From Azolla caroliniana (lineage: Eukaryota; Plantae; Polypodiophyta), in the NCBI GenBank assembly GCA_043228905.1, contig JBHGNT010000002.1, positions 27,776,001-27,840,000 on the forward strand: 64,000 nt of DNA, in the 5' to 3' direction. Below the pieces are notes generated by a model. It saw only the letters and a list, made by a program, of their open reading frames with translations. It did not search any database and was not told where the DNA came from. Positions 24,997-37,900 of this stretch are shown piece after piece (the stretch's first letter is position 1; each line of letters begins with the position of its first letter). A program made the position numbers and the translations under genes.

Positions 24997-26076
24997 CAAA
25001 ATTTATGTATGTATGTATGTATATCCAATAATCTAGGCTTCTCTCCTAGTGGACCATGCAAAAACCCGATTTGATGTGTGTGTGTGTGTGCATGGTGAGT
25101 CGAATGGTCCTCCCATGTCAAGTGTTTTGCCAACTTCCTCGCGTTTTGGTGATAAGCCTCTTAGTATCTTAAGGTATTGGGTATCATGGCTTAATTGGCG
25201 TACACGAAATGAATACCTTTGGGTTTTTTTTTTATGTTCGATCATATTTGGGGTTCGAAAGACACATTCGATGATTGAAAGGCATCCTACCGATGTATCA
25301 CAGTTCCCTCCTTGTTGGAGGCTCCTAGGGAGGTTGAAGAGACGGGAGGAATTAGGGTTGGCAAAGGGGTCATGTCTCCATCATTCCATTTTGCAGTGTT
25401 ACATAAATGTGGCCTTTTTATCTCACGTGGGGTGTGCGCTTAGTTAGGTTCTTCAACAATCGACGACATATGTATGTATGTAGAAGAATCAATTGCTAGT
25501 TGCTAAAATCCCAAAACCAAATGTCGAAACCCTAAAAAAGAAAGAAGTTGAAGAAGAAGAAAACCTCGATGACCCCAACATCGACCAATAAGCAAAATAA
25601 ACCTTCTTCTCACGAAGAGAGGAAAAAAAGATTCAAACTTTGCACCTATTAAAAGTGCGGGAGAATTCTAATCACTAAACCACTCGCTTTTAGCATTATA
25701 TTTGTTTTATTGCTTTATTAATTGTTCTAGCATGGTTGGGCGACCGCCTTTGAGTTGGGCGATCAAAACAAGATATTTTATTGACGCCTTTTTCTTATCG
25801 TAATTTGGACGGTGCAGATCGCACGCACCCGTGGCTGAGATACCTACACCGTCGGTGACCGAGATTGCCTTGGCAGCCCTATTTTTATGATATAGGTGCA
25901 AATAAACAAGAGCCATGGGAACCTTTGATTCATCCATTGATTTTTTTTGGGTGAGCCGATTAGGACATATTATTTATGTATACATATATTCCATCTATTA
26001 TTTATGTATGTAATTCTACTGTCTACTACACTCATCATAATTAATAAATGCATCACTTGTTTAGGAGAGAGAGTAT

Positions 26077-26110
<34 letters not shown>

Positions 26111-27057
26111 CTAGAACAGGGGCGGAACAGGGGAAGGTCATTTTTTGATTAATAAATAGATCACTATTTAGGAAGAGAAAGAAACAGAGGATTTTTTTTT
26201 TTGGTTGGAACAGGGGAAGGGCATTTTTTTTGAGAATTTCTGTTTTGTGTACATAAACAGGGGATATACAACATATACATACATGTGTCTCAGAAGAATG
26301 GAAACCCAGCTAACTTCATTCCATGGCTTCATCCAGAGTTAGGAGAAATGGCTCCTCTGTGTTTTCTTCTTCACACGCTCTCAATATCTCCATCGTTATG
26401 AAAGTTTTGTAAAGCCAGTGTGGAGCCATGGGTTGCCTCCACCCTCATCATTACTGCCAAGCCAGCAGAGGTTAATCTTAGACACATTCGCGATGCTTGT
26501 CAGGTGTATGTGGACGATTTTGCGAGATTCTGAAACTGAAACCTCAATGTCAAAATCGGTCTGTTCGGTATGTTTTAGCTCACGTGGCAAAGTCAAGAAC
26601 ACGGAGAACTGATGCTAAGAAGTTCGTTTAAATGATGTGGTAAAGATAAGAACACGTGGAATTGCTAAGAGATACCATTCCGTGATTCTTCAAATTTTCA
26701 CTTCTGTGAGATTTTGAGATGAAATCCTTTTCTTAAGCATGTTACAATCACATGGTCAAGAGAAGAAATTCTGGAATTTCTTAAGGAGATACAAGAAGAG
26801 ATTCTTTGATGGTTCTAGAAGTGAAGATTCAAGATCAAATCTCTCTCTCTCTCTCTCTCACTCAGGCTTGTGAAAATCATGTGGAAGTTCAAAACTGATA
26901 TCTACGTGATAAAATTCTTTGGATATCTCTAAAAGGGATATTTCCAGATTGCCTAGGTTCTTTGATATTTTCTGAAAGCGGACACTTGCAAATCGAATCG
27001 TTATTTCAATACTCTCATGTCAAAAAAAGAGAGACATGTGCAAAGCCATAAGTTTTC

Positions 27058-29649
27058 ATGGCTGAGAATTTTCTGTATGTGAAGTTTCGAGGTGGATACT
27101 CACATTTAAGACACTTAAATTCATGTGGAAAAAAGGAAAATATGTGGAATGGTAGAGGGATACATGTTTATATTCTCCACGAGTTTCCAAAAGTGAATTT
27201 TCAAGGTGGGATCTATACCTTAAGCATGTCAAAGTCATGTGGTAAAGAGAATAAGTCTATAAAGATACATGCGAATATTCTTCAAGAGTTGCCAAAAGTG
27301 AAGTTTCGAGATCGGATCGTTCTCTTAAACCTTATAAAATCATGTGGTAAAGATAAGAACATGTGCAAGGCCAGAGAGATACATTCTGAGATGCTTAAGA
27401 AAGATTTGATCTCAAAGGATATATATGTGGCTACTGCTTTGCTCACTACATATGCTAAATGTGGTGCATTGAAAGAAGCTCAAGAAGTATTTCATCAGAT
27501 TCCTATCCGTGATGTGGTATCATGGAATGCAATGATGACCGGTTATGTTGAATATGGCTGGGGTCATGAAGCACTTATCTGTTTTCAGCAAATGCAAAGA
27601 GATGGAATCTCACCAGATTCAGTTAGTTATACATGCATCTTAAAAGCTTGTGGCATCGGGAAGTTTCTTGAAATTGGAAAAGACATAGATGTTGAAATAA
27701 GAAAGAAAGGATTACTACAAAAGGATATTATGCTAGCTAATATCTTGTTAGATATGTATGCCAAGTGTGGTGATCTCAAGAAAGCACGAGAAGTATTTGA
27801 TCATCTTCCAGTGCAAAGTGTTGTGTCGTGGACTGCCTTAATGGATGGATATACTCAACATGGTCTTGCTGATGAGGCCTTAAAATGCTTTAAACAGATG
27901 CAAGATGAAGGAATCTACCCAAACATAGTAACTTATATCTGTATTCTGAAAGCTTGTGGCATTGTAAGGTCCCTTGATATTGGGAAAGATATTGATTCCG
28001 AAGTTAGAAAACAAGGGTTATTACAAAAGGGCATTGTACTTGGCACTGCATTAATAGACATGTATGCTAAATGTGGTGCAATTGACAAAGCCCGAGAAGT
28101 ATTTGAACAACTTCCAAAGCGAGATGTTGTGGCCTGGAATACACTTATAGCTGGATATGACCAGTATGGCCTTAGTGATGAAGCTCTAAAATGCTTTTGG
28201 CAAATGCAAGATGAGGGAATCTGCCCAAATGCAGTAACTTATATATATAGTTTGAAAGCTTGTGCCATCCTTCAGTCGCTTGAGGTTGGGGAACACATAG
28301 ATGCGGAGGTCAGAAAGCAAGACTTATTACAAAAAGACATCGTGCTTGGCACCACGCTGATAGACATGTATGCTAAATGTGGCATGGTTAATAAAGCAAG
28401 AGAAATATTCGAACAACTTCCAATGAAGGATACTGTAATGTGGACTACGTTAATAGGAGGATATGCTCAACATGGATTGGGTGAAGAGGCCTTGGAATGC
28501 TTCAAGAAGATGCAAGATGAGGGATTCCATCCAGATGCAGTGACTTACATGTGCATTTTGAAGATTTGTGGCACTCTAGGATATCTTCAGGTCGGAGAGG
28601 ACATAGATGCTCATGTCAGGCAGCAAGGCCTATTGCAAAGAGATATTATGCTTTGCAATACATTAATAGATATGTATGCTAAGTGTGGTGCACTTGAGAA
28701 ATCACGGGAAGTGTTTGAACAACTTATCGTGCGGGATGTTGTTTCTTGGAACACTTTGATAATCGGATATGCTCAGCATGAGCGTATCGAAGAAACCCTA
28801 GAATGCTTCAAGCAGATGCAAGATGATGGTATCACCCCAGATGAAGTCACTTATATTTGCATTTTGAAAGTTTGCGGAATAGTAGGATCTCTTGAGATTG
28901 GCAAGGAAATTGATGCCGAAATTGGGAAGCAAGGGTTGTTGGTGAAATATGTCATGCTTGGCAATGCATTGATAGACATGTATGCTAAATGTGGTGAACT
29001 TAAGAAAGCACGAGAAGTACTTGAACAACTTCCATTGCGAGATGTTGTATCTTGGAATGCATTAATGGCTGGATATGCCCAACTGGGTCAAGCTAGTGTG
29101 GTTTTGGATTTGTTCAGAAGAATGAGGAATGAAGTTATGCCAGATCCAGTTACATTCCTTATTTTGCTTACTTCATGTAGTCATGCTGGTTTGATGGAGG
29201 AGGGAGAAAAGTTGTTCGATGATATGCATGATATTTACCACCTCGATCGAACGTTAAAACACTACAGTTGCATGGTTGATTTATTCGGTCGTGCTGGCCA
29301 CTTCGATAAGGCCCAAATGTTGCTTGACAAGATGCCATATTCAGATCATCTTCCACTATTCTTGTCAGTACTAGGTGCTTGTCGGAAATGGTTGAATGTA
29401 AAGCTTGGGAAATGGGCCTTTGAACAATCAATAAAATTGGATGAAAAGTGTGTTGTTGCATATGTGTGCATGGAGAATATATATGCAGCAGCTGGCATGC
29501 AAGAAAAGGCAAGGGAAATTGAAGCGTGGAAGGTTAAAAATAACGCAAGGAGTGTGCCTTTATCAACAGATGCCAATGTAAATGTATATTCATTTGAAGT
29601 GGCCATCGAGAACCACATGTACAAACTACATACAAACCATAAACCCTAA
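27058..29649 (+). CDS. PLS-class pentatricopeptide repeat protein with E1/E2 domains and no DYW domain (organellar RNA-editing factor type)
   Basis: Intronless 863-aa ORF with six ~102-aa P-L-S triplets (YAKCG...WNAL..GY...P..VTY..ILKACG), then LLTSCSHAGL, HYSCMVDLFGRAG, LGACRKW and AYVCMENIYAAAG. It ends shortly after a degraded PG-box region. Confidence 0.95.
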   Translation: MAENFLYVKFRGGYSHLRHLNSCGKKENMWNGRGIHVYILHEFPKVNFQGGIYTLSMSKSCGKENKSIKIHANILQELPKVKFRDRIVLLNLIKSCGKDKNMCKAREIHSEMLKKDLISKDIYVATALLTTYAKCGALKEAQEVFHQIPIRDVVSWNAMMTGYVEYGWGHEALICFQQMQRDGISPDSVSYTCILKACGIGKFLEIGKDIDVEIRKKGLLQKDIMLANILLDMYAKCGDLKKAREVFDHLPVQSVVSWTALMDGYTQHGLADEALKCFKQMQDEGIYPNIVTYICILKACGIVRSLDIGKDIDSEVRKQGLLQKGIVLGTALIDMYAKCGAIDKAREVFEQLPKRDVVAWNTLIAGYDQYGLSDEALKCFWQMQDEGICPNAVTYIYSLKACAILQSLEVGEHIDAEVRKQDLLQKDIVLGTTLIDMYAKCGMVNKAREIFEQLPMKDTVMWTTLIGGYAQHGLGEEALECFKKMQDEGFHPDAVTYMCILKICGTLGYLQVGEDIDAHVRQQGLLQRDIMLCNTLIDMYAKCGALEKSREVFEQLIVRDVVSWNTLIIGYAQHERIEETLECFKQMQDDGITPDEVTYICILKVCGIVGSLEIGKEIDAEIGKQGLLVKYVMLGNALIDMYAKCGELKKAREVLEQLPLRDVVSWNALMAGYAQLGQASVVLDLFRRMRNEVMPDPVTFLILLTSCSHAGLMEEGEKLFDDMHDIYHLDRTLKHYSCMVDLFGRAGHFDKAQMLLDKMPYSDHLPLFLSVLGACRKWLNVKLGKWAFEQSIKLDEKCVVAYVCMENIYAAAGMQEKAREIEAWKVKNNARSVPLSTDANVNVYSFEVAIENHMYKLHTNHKP

Positions 29650-29685
29650 TATACCCTATGCATTGAAAAATATACCCAATACATG

Positions 29686-29909
29686 TCATTTGAAAAATAT
29701 AGGGGCTATTCTCCAGGTTCGCAATGAGTTTGCCAATCATAGTTATTACCTTGGTATGCATAATGATTGGTAGGGAACTGTTTCAACCCCAAGAAATTTC
29801 ATTTGAAAAATATATCATGGGGGCTATTCTCCGGGTTCACATTGAGTTTGCCAAGCATGGTTGTTACCTTAGTATGCATAATGATTGGTCGGGAACTCTT
29901 TCAACCCCA
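29686..29909 (+). repeat. ~114-bp tandem duplication downstream of the PPR stop codon
   Basis: CATTTGAAAAATATA...GGGGCTATTCTCC.GGTTC...ATGCATAATGATTGGT.GGGAACT.TTTCAACCCC at ~29686 and ~29800. Confidence 0.8.
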
Positions 29910-30829
29910 CCATGTGGGATGTCTCTAAATGAAAACGAACACATCCTCCTGTTTGAAAGTCAAGAAAAATCCTTAGATGCTAATTCCATCCATGTGCATG
30001 CTCAAAAAGTGTTTCTTGATAATACCATTCATCCTCCCTTGCTTTCGGGATGACTTTAATCCTTGGACTTAGGAGCTCTTGTATGTAAAATGAAGTGAGC
30101 ATGATAATGATGATATGGAACCAATCATCATTGAAAACACAATATAAATAAGGATACTCATTCATAGTAGTTGAATCAATTCAATCATTTCAATTTAAAG
30201 AGGGTAGCTCTGGTTGCAACTTCATACTTCCATTCATTGCTCAAGAATGAACACATGATAACAACTCGATTAACAACATCCACAGTTTGAGATCAAACAC
30301 ATCATAAATTGCTCAATCAACAGTGTTTGCTTGAGACCGTACATCACCTATTTTTATGGATATAGGAACATAATGTTATTGTCTTGATTGAACTACGTTC
30401 AAACACATGTTCTAAGAAACAACAAAACAAACTAAATGCATCAGAACAATTTGCTCGATCCACATTCAAGATACATCAGGTCTTGTAAGAAACACACCGG
30501 ATTCCACATGTTGTCAAGCGTGCGTACACGACAAATTTAAAAGATTGAAAGATTTCGTCATGTTTGGGCGTGAAGACACAAGATGATAGATTTTGGCATG
30601 GCATATGCCGTACACATAGCCAGAGCGTTTTTACTTCACTTATGAGTTCATCACCAGATTCTGTTATAGACCTTGTCATAACAGAGAGAACAAGATAAGC
30701 AAAAAAACAAAAAAACTCTGTTTTGATTGATGGAATATCATGGGATTCCAAGCAAAAACAATCAGACAGCCTAACATGGGTACTCCGCAGATCGCCCAAC
30801 ATGGCTTATTCTACACGGACAAAGACAAA

Positions 30830-32180
30830 TTAAGCATTCCCAAGATAGGAACGATCTCTTAAACCTGATAAAGTCATTTGGGACAAGAGAAGAATCCATA
30901 CAAAACTAAGAAGATCTCTTGTTAAGAGAAAGATTATCCCCAAGGATGTTTATGTACATATTCACTTCTCTTATTAGGACACATGCAAAATGTGGGGCTT
31001 TCAGACAAGCCCGACAAGTGTTTGAAGAGCTTCCGGTGCGAAATGTCATATCATGGAATGCTTTATTATCCGGATTCATTGAATCTGGTCGTAGTCTGGA
31101 AGCTTTAGAATGATTTAAGTATATGCAAGATGAAGGTACATTTTCAAAGCTTGTGCTAAATTATGATATCTTGATGTTGGTCAAAAGGACTTTTACTGGA
31201 AGATGTGGGTCTTGGGGCTACTTTCGTGGACATATATGCTAAATATGATGCAATTGGGAGAGCTCGAAAGGTGTTCAAATCAAATTTGATTCGAAATGTG
31301 GTGACTTGGAATGCTCTCAGCAGTGGCTATGTCAAGAATGGACCGGGAAACGATGCCATTTCTTGCTTCCAATATATGTATGAGAGATTCTGGTGTCCAC
31401 CCAAATGCAAAGACTTATGCTTGTGTTTTGAAAGCTTGTGATCTTGTAAGAAATATCGAGGTCGAAGAATACGGACATTCGGAGGTTAGATACCAAGAAT
31501 TATTGCGTAAGAACACTTCTCTTGACAATTCATTGGTTGGTATGTATGGTAATGTGGTGTGCTAGAGAAAGTTTGTAAAGTATTTGAGCAAATCTGAAAG
31601 CATGACGTGGTATCTTGGGCAATGTTGATAGGTGGATATGCCCACTTTGGCCTTGGTGAGGAACCCCTAAAATGCTTCGATATGATGCAAGATGAGGGTG
31701 TTCGTATGGACACAGTGAACTACGTTTGCACCTTGAAAGCTTGTGGTATGGTAAGGTCTCTTGAGATTGGGAAGGAAATCGATGTTGACATAAGGAAACA
31801 GGGGTATTCCCTTTTGTAAGAAATGGTAGAAAGGTTTCAATCATGGAAAGTGAATTGTTATATATACTCCTTCCTATGACAATGTTCCACTTTCATTGGG
31901 ATTTTATTCTATGGGTTGTGTTGATATGGAATACATGTTAGAGTAGGTTTAGACTATGCTTGGAAAATGATACAAATCTATGATGCTACACTTCATTAGG
32001 TTATGCAAATTGTGTTCTATGAGGTCGAGAACAATATCTATATCACCGGGAAAGTAAAATAATGCCAATAAACAAGAAGTTCGGATTTGAATGTGTTGAT
32101 TGGACCATCATGTTTGCATTATATGTGAAAGACATGAGTTTCATTTTTTGTTGGTGGCCATGAGTATGCATTCTTTTTTG
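30830..32180 (+). pseudogene. Tandem PLS-E PPR pseudogene, paralogue of 27058-29649
   Basis: Fragmented frames HAKCGAFRQARQVFEELPVRNVISWNALLSG, TYACVLKACD and VSWAMLIGGYAHFGLGEE...LEIGKEIDVDIRKQG. It starts with the same L-motif as 27301. Many stops and frameshifts; E-domain traces near 31900-32170. Confidence 0.85.
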
Positions 32181-33149
32181 TAAGAAATGTTAGAGGCTTG
32201 AGTAACCGATGTTCCAAGTCAAATCAACAATTGTATATGCAAATAGCGTCAACAAAATTTATAAATCATCCCATGATTAGATGTCCCTTTGATTTACCTT
32301 TTAGATCATCTTGGTTGTGAACCGATGAGAGTGTCTAGGATCTAGCATAAATTGTCTCAGACAACCCACTCACGAAGAAATATACAATCTTGCAAAAGTA
32401 AGTTATGTCACGAGTTATCCAATAAGAGCCCTATAAATTGTTATATAAACTAGTTTTGATCCTTCCCTTGCAATATATTATATTAGCTAGGTTCCAACAA
32501 TTCATATTCAAATGTAATCAAAATATCTCAAACACATTTATGTTAAGAAAGAGTGATATTTAAGTGTATCCTTGTTTACTTCAATTCCGATAGAGCACAT
32601 AGATCTCCAAGGTCCTTCACATCATATAATTCTTTCAAAGAGAAAATCTTGTGTGTTATTGCTTGTAATCACAAGATTGCCCACATAAAGAATGATTCGA
32701 AGTATATCATTATTACCATTCTTATCATGAAGTGTAGGATAAATGAGACTATGTTTTAAACTAATGAGAAGAAACTTATTGATGTTGTTATATCACGCTA
32801 CTGGTATTTACTTGAGCCTATATAAGGACTTTTTAGCTTGCATATGTTGTTAGAGTGAAGCATAGTGAAGTTTTAGGGGCGACTCCATGTAGAGTCCTCC
32901 TTTTAGACCTTTGTTGAGAAATGCATTCTTCACACCCATTTAATGCAGTGGACATCCAAATGTGTGTAACACATCGCATCCATTAGTTATAAGGTATGGG
33001 TCATGTTATATTGATTGCTAGTGAAAATGTTTTGACATGATCTAATCCATGCTTTTGAGGGACTCACCTTGGAGATAATGTTGTCATGTGTCTATCAAAT
33101 GATTCATTTGAATTAGACTTAGGGGTTTATGCCCATTGGAATGAAACTT

Positions 33150-33950
33150 CAACAACATGCATGGTCTTTTGTAACCTATGGTTTAAATTATTTTTTTGTC
33201 AAAATTATGAGCTCCCTTGTACCAATTGTCAATGAGTGCACCTTCTTTCCGTTATTTAATTGTTGAGTTCCATTATTGTTTAGCACGTGGATAGTCAAAC
33301 AAATGTGGTTTAAATACTTCGAATGACTATGGAAAAAGTATGCATACACAATTGCCAATGTTGAGCATATGTCTTGCGAATTATGGTACTTCAACTTTGA
33401 TAAAGGAGAAACTTTGCTCTTCCCAAGTTACACATAAACATCTTTGCCTTCTTTTGTAACTATAATTACGATAACTATAGGTACAATTGCAAATGCCTAT
33501 TTGGTCCTATGTGTGTAATGTTTATCACATTCACATTGCACATTAAAGCTTGTGCATTTGATTCTCGCTTGGGCCATAAGTATGTTTTTGGGTTGCTAAT
33601 GTGAAAGATTCTCAAACAACATATATTATCATCATGTTTTTTTAATGAGCTTGAGCTAGTCAGATGTTATCATCTTCCATTCTTGATACATGTCATACAC
33701 CTAGTTTTGAAGTGCCAATTGGACTTCAAGCACACAATTATTTCTCTAGTGGGAGGTGGGGTTTGAGCGGCAAAAAAGTGACTAAATTATGATGGATTGA
33801 ATTAAGGATCCAAATCACCACATAATCAAGATGATTTGCATAGGCCTCATTAGGATATTTGAGAGAATACCAATTTGGGAAAGTCGAGTACTTGTCGCTT
33901 TCAAAACTACAATACATACTTGTTAAAATACAAAGGGTAGACAAGTTATG
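33150..33950 (-). mobile_element. hAT (ZNF862-like) transposase relic
   Basis: Minus-strand remnants HYTHRTK*AF (cf. HC.AHRTNLA) near 33490-33520 and VYAYFFHSHSKYL...NNG (cf. LYAYF.HSPK..LEF....TKG) in ORF 33188-33394. Family assignment is from memory. Confidence 0.5.
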
Positions 33951-34474
33951 CACATATGTTTTTTGTTTGACTTGATATCCATATAGAGACAATACAATAA
34001 ATTAGAACTTCTTATGTGATCACGGAGCATTTGTGCGTAGAGTAAGTTAGAAGTCATGGCAGTAACACTCTCTACAAAAAGCAAAGAAAGTGAATCATTC
34101 ATTCAATGTGAGCCAAGTGGGGTTTGGCAATCCGGTGCGCGTGCGAGCGAGCGGGGTTAGTGTGGATGCAGTCCGAACCTCTCCTCCCTTCCCTCCCTAG
34201 AAGACGTTAATATATATATATTTCTTTCTTTCTTTTTCTCTCTTACCTCAACTCAACTCAACTCAACTCAACTCCATCGAATTACATGGAAATCTTTTAG
34301 TGCTGATCATATATACGTGATTGTTTGCCCTCAGAGGACAATGATAAGATCTATCAATCCGTCTGTCTCTCACATAAGAACTAAGAGTGGCACTCCCCAG
34401 AGTCATGCAAAAGAAAAGTTCAAAACTAATAACTTGGATTATTGGTTAGATGGCTAGCATAAGCACACACATAT

Positions 34475-34507
<33 letters not shown>

Positions 34508-34921
34508 TGTGTGTGTGTCTCCTGTTTATATGTATTTTATTTTGAATGGGGGGGGTTTAGGTAGACTAATACCAACACTCAAAAATACTTTAAAAAACAT
34601 AAAAAAGAAAGACTTTTTCTTTCTGCTTGCCTGGTTAGCTCCACACAGACCCACCCATTTTGGAATCACCATAGCTTCTTGAATAACGATCGAAATCCAT
34701 TTCTTCCATTCCCTCCCCTCTGTTTACCCAAATCTAGGGTTTATTTTCTCAGAATAAAACATCTGAAACCTCCGATTCCCCCCCCCCCCCCCCCTGTTTT
34801 CTTCGGTAACAGGAATCATTACGAGAAATCATCGTAATAAAGAACGTTTATAAAGACCCATATATAGTTATAGTTACAGATTTTAGACATTTTTGTGTAT
34901 TTGCACGTTTCTATGCGAAGG

Positions 34922-37900
34922 ATGGGCGGTTTTGCTCTTGTGATGGAGTTCTTCTTCTTCATCTTGACCCTACTCTGCTGTGGTTTTGTATCTTCTCTCT
35001 CATCAGATGGTAAGTGACAATTTCACCTTAATTCTATACGTATGTATTAATTCCCCAGAAGTAAAGTTAACAACATAGTTTGATTTTATAAGTTCAATAA
35101 CCATATCTTAAAATTTATACATATGTGTGTGTGTGTGTGTGTGTATTATATATATACATCCACATACGTGTGTGTATGTTATTATCTGTGTGTATGTTTT
35201 TAGATACATATACATATATACATGTAGATGTAGATTCACATGTACATGTACTCAGATATGTTTGTGTAAAACTGAGAATCCATATCTTAAATTACGAAGG
35301 AAATACATCCATATATACAAATGGGCTTTAAATTATGTCCAGAAAATCCATCTATATGCTTGTGTGTATATAATAACTAAAAATCCTCTTTGTTCCAGGT
35401 TGGGCACTGCTTCATATTTGGTCCAATTTAAATGATGGCCCAAAATATGCACCATCAAATTGGAATGCTTCTGATAAGGACCCATGTGGCTGGTTCGGGA
35501 TTGAATGTGAGGAGTCAAAAGTGACCAGCATGTAAGAGCAAATCTTCTTCTTATTAACAGTTAAACTTATGTGGTTTGTCTTTCCTCTTTTGTGATTCTC
35601 TATACCAATGTAAAGCGAATATGTTTTATGCATGACCACAAACAACCCCTTGTCTACAGAATGTTCTGGGTAAATGTAGTCAGCATGAATTCTTTGAGAA
35701 CTGCAAGGTTGATATTTAGAATTTGCAGAAGGGGGAATAACCTTGATGTCCCTATAGACATGTCACATCCCATTAGAACAATGAAAAGAGGTCGTTAAGG
35801 GCTGAATGCACAAAACATGTAGCCGAAGTGTACGTTACTAACAATCACTAAAGAGAAGAATATTAGAAGAATATTAGTTGAGAGTAAGATATGAAAAAGA
35901 CAAAGGTATATTCAAAGTATTAAAGAGGCGGTATTATGAAACTTTCATGATGGACCAGAGTTCAGATACTGTACGGCGCTTTAAAGATGTCCAGAGACAT
36001 GGCCATACTAAGAGGCTAGACATTCGATGTGTGAATGCAACCTTACGTCAAGGGAGGTTAAGGAATCAGAACTCCTATCAAGTCTCTTTGGATCATAGAG
36101 TGATCTTGACTGTTGGAGTTTCGAACTTGGAAGCCTAGTTGATACACTCTGCAGTATTGGATCATGGAGCTATCTGGACTCTGTCCAGTTAATGTGCCAA
36201 TTCTAACCTTCATAATAAACCCGTATTCGTATACTTATAGTAATATTATTATTGTTTTGCAGTAATCTAGTTGGACTTTCTTTGAGAGGAACTTTGGCGT
36301 CCGAACTTGGTCAACTCACAAACCTTCGGGAACTGTAAGTTGTCGACTTGACAATATTATTGGCTGATTTGTGCAACGATAATAATTTCTTTTATCAAGA
36401 TTTTACCTTGAGCAGATATCCATTCGATTACATTTCCTTGCAGGCGTTTTAGGGGAAATGAACTGATGGGTAACATTCCGTTTCAGCTTGGTGAATTAGA
36501 TAAGTTGGAGATCCTTGATTTGTCCTACAATAAGCTCTCTGGGGAACTTCCCAAAGAATTTGGAAACCTATCCAGTTTGTGTAAATTGTAAGTTTCTGAA
36601 GACGATTGTTTCTGGTGTTTCTCCATATCAAGGAGGTATTATGTGCTAAATGATTTCCTTATAGATACCTCAATAACAACAATCTTGAAGGCAGCATACC
36701 ATCTGAGCTAGGGAATCTGAAAAAACTAAAGGAACTTACTGTCAATGAGAACAGATTAAGTGGAGTTTTACTGGGAAAAAGTGAGAGGTGAGAAGTTATT
36801 GAGATTTGCAAGGAATGAAAGATCGGTTCTAAGTTCATATATTGAACCCAAGAATTGGAAGTCCATTTGGGTGCCAGTAAACTGAGTTTGTAAGTCATGT
36901 GTGTGCAGTTCTCAGATAATTGGAAGTATACATGAGAGTGGAATTTGTAAGCTAAAGGGCTTGCAGGTTGCAGACTTCTCTAGCAACTACTTTGAAGGAG
37001 ATCCTCCTATTTGCTTGCATTATTTGCCAAGGTTTGTTTGAAATGATTTTGTTGTTTTCTATTCTTGAATGATTAGGCATTTGAGAAGTAGTGATTTTTG
37101 AATTCTTTTGCTAGGTCAAGTTTTAGCCTCAATTGTTTGTCGAGGAAAGGATCACTACATCAGCGCCCTATCGAAGATTGTGCAAAAGCATCCGTTTCAA
37201 GTAAATAGCTGACATATCAAATCTCTTATTTTCTCTCTGTTGTATATATATGTGCAGGTTTGATATGGATATGTGCTGATTTCCAGGTAGTAAAAGACGT
37301 CGTCTTCTTCAAAGTCAAGGTGCTGCAGGGGTTCCTACACAAGACCCTGGAAATGGAAATATCACTACATCGGATAGTGTTGTGACTCCATCTCCATCTC
37401 CATCACCATCACCATCTGCCTCTCCCTCTCCCTCTCCATTAGCAACTATCTTTTCTCCATCATCACCTCCTCTTTCTCAGTCTTCTTTGGAATCTCCTGA
37501 ATCACCTATACCATTGTTGGGGTCTTCAACAAGTTCTGAAAAAAAACCCAATATTCTATTGATTGTTATGGTCACCACTTTGGGTGTATTCCTTTCCATT
37601 GTGTTCGTTGTCGTGTTCTTCTGTTATTGTCATAAAGGCACCACTGTTCGACCTTGGAAAAGCAGCATGAGTGGTGAGCTACAGAAAGGCTTCTCAAAAG
37701 GTAAGTTTCTTTACTAGAGTGAGGAACATATCAGGAAAGTACCATGTTAGATGATTTGGGAAACTCCTCTTTGAGAAACAGAGTATTGCAAAATGCATTA
37801 AAACTAGTTTAGAACAATCAGACATTTAGCAAGATATCGAGCAGCGGATGGTAACATTTATCTCTCTGTAAACTTTTGAGAGTTTATATACAGAAAACAA

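Noticed and set aside
28798-29761. Antisense ORFs over the PPR gene (also 50311-50706 over LysM)
   Set aside because: These are shadow frames of real coding sequence.
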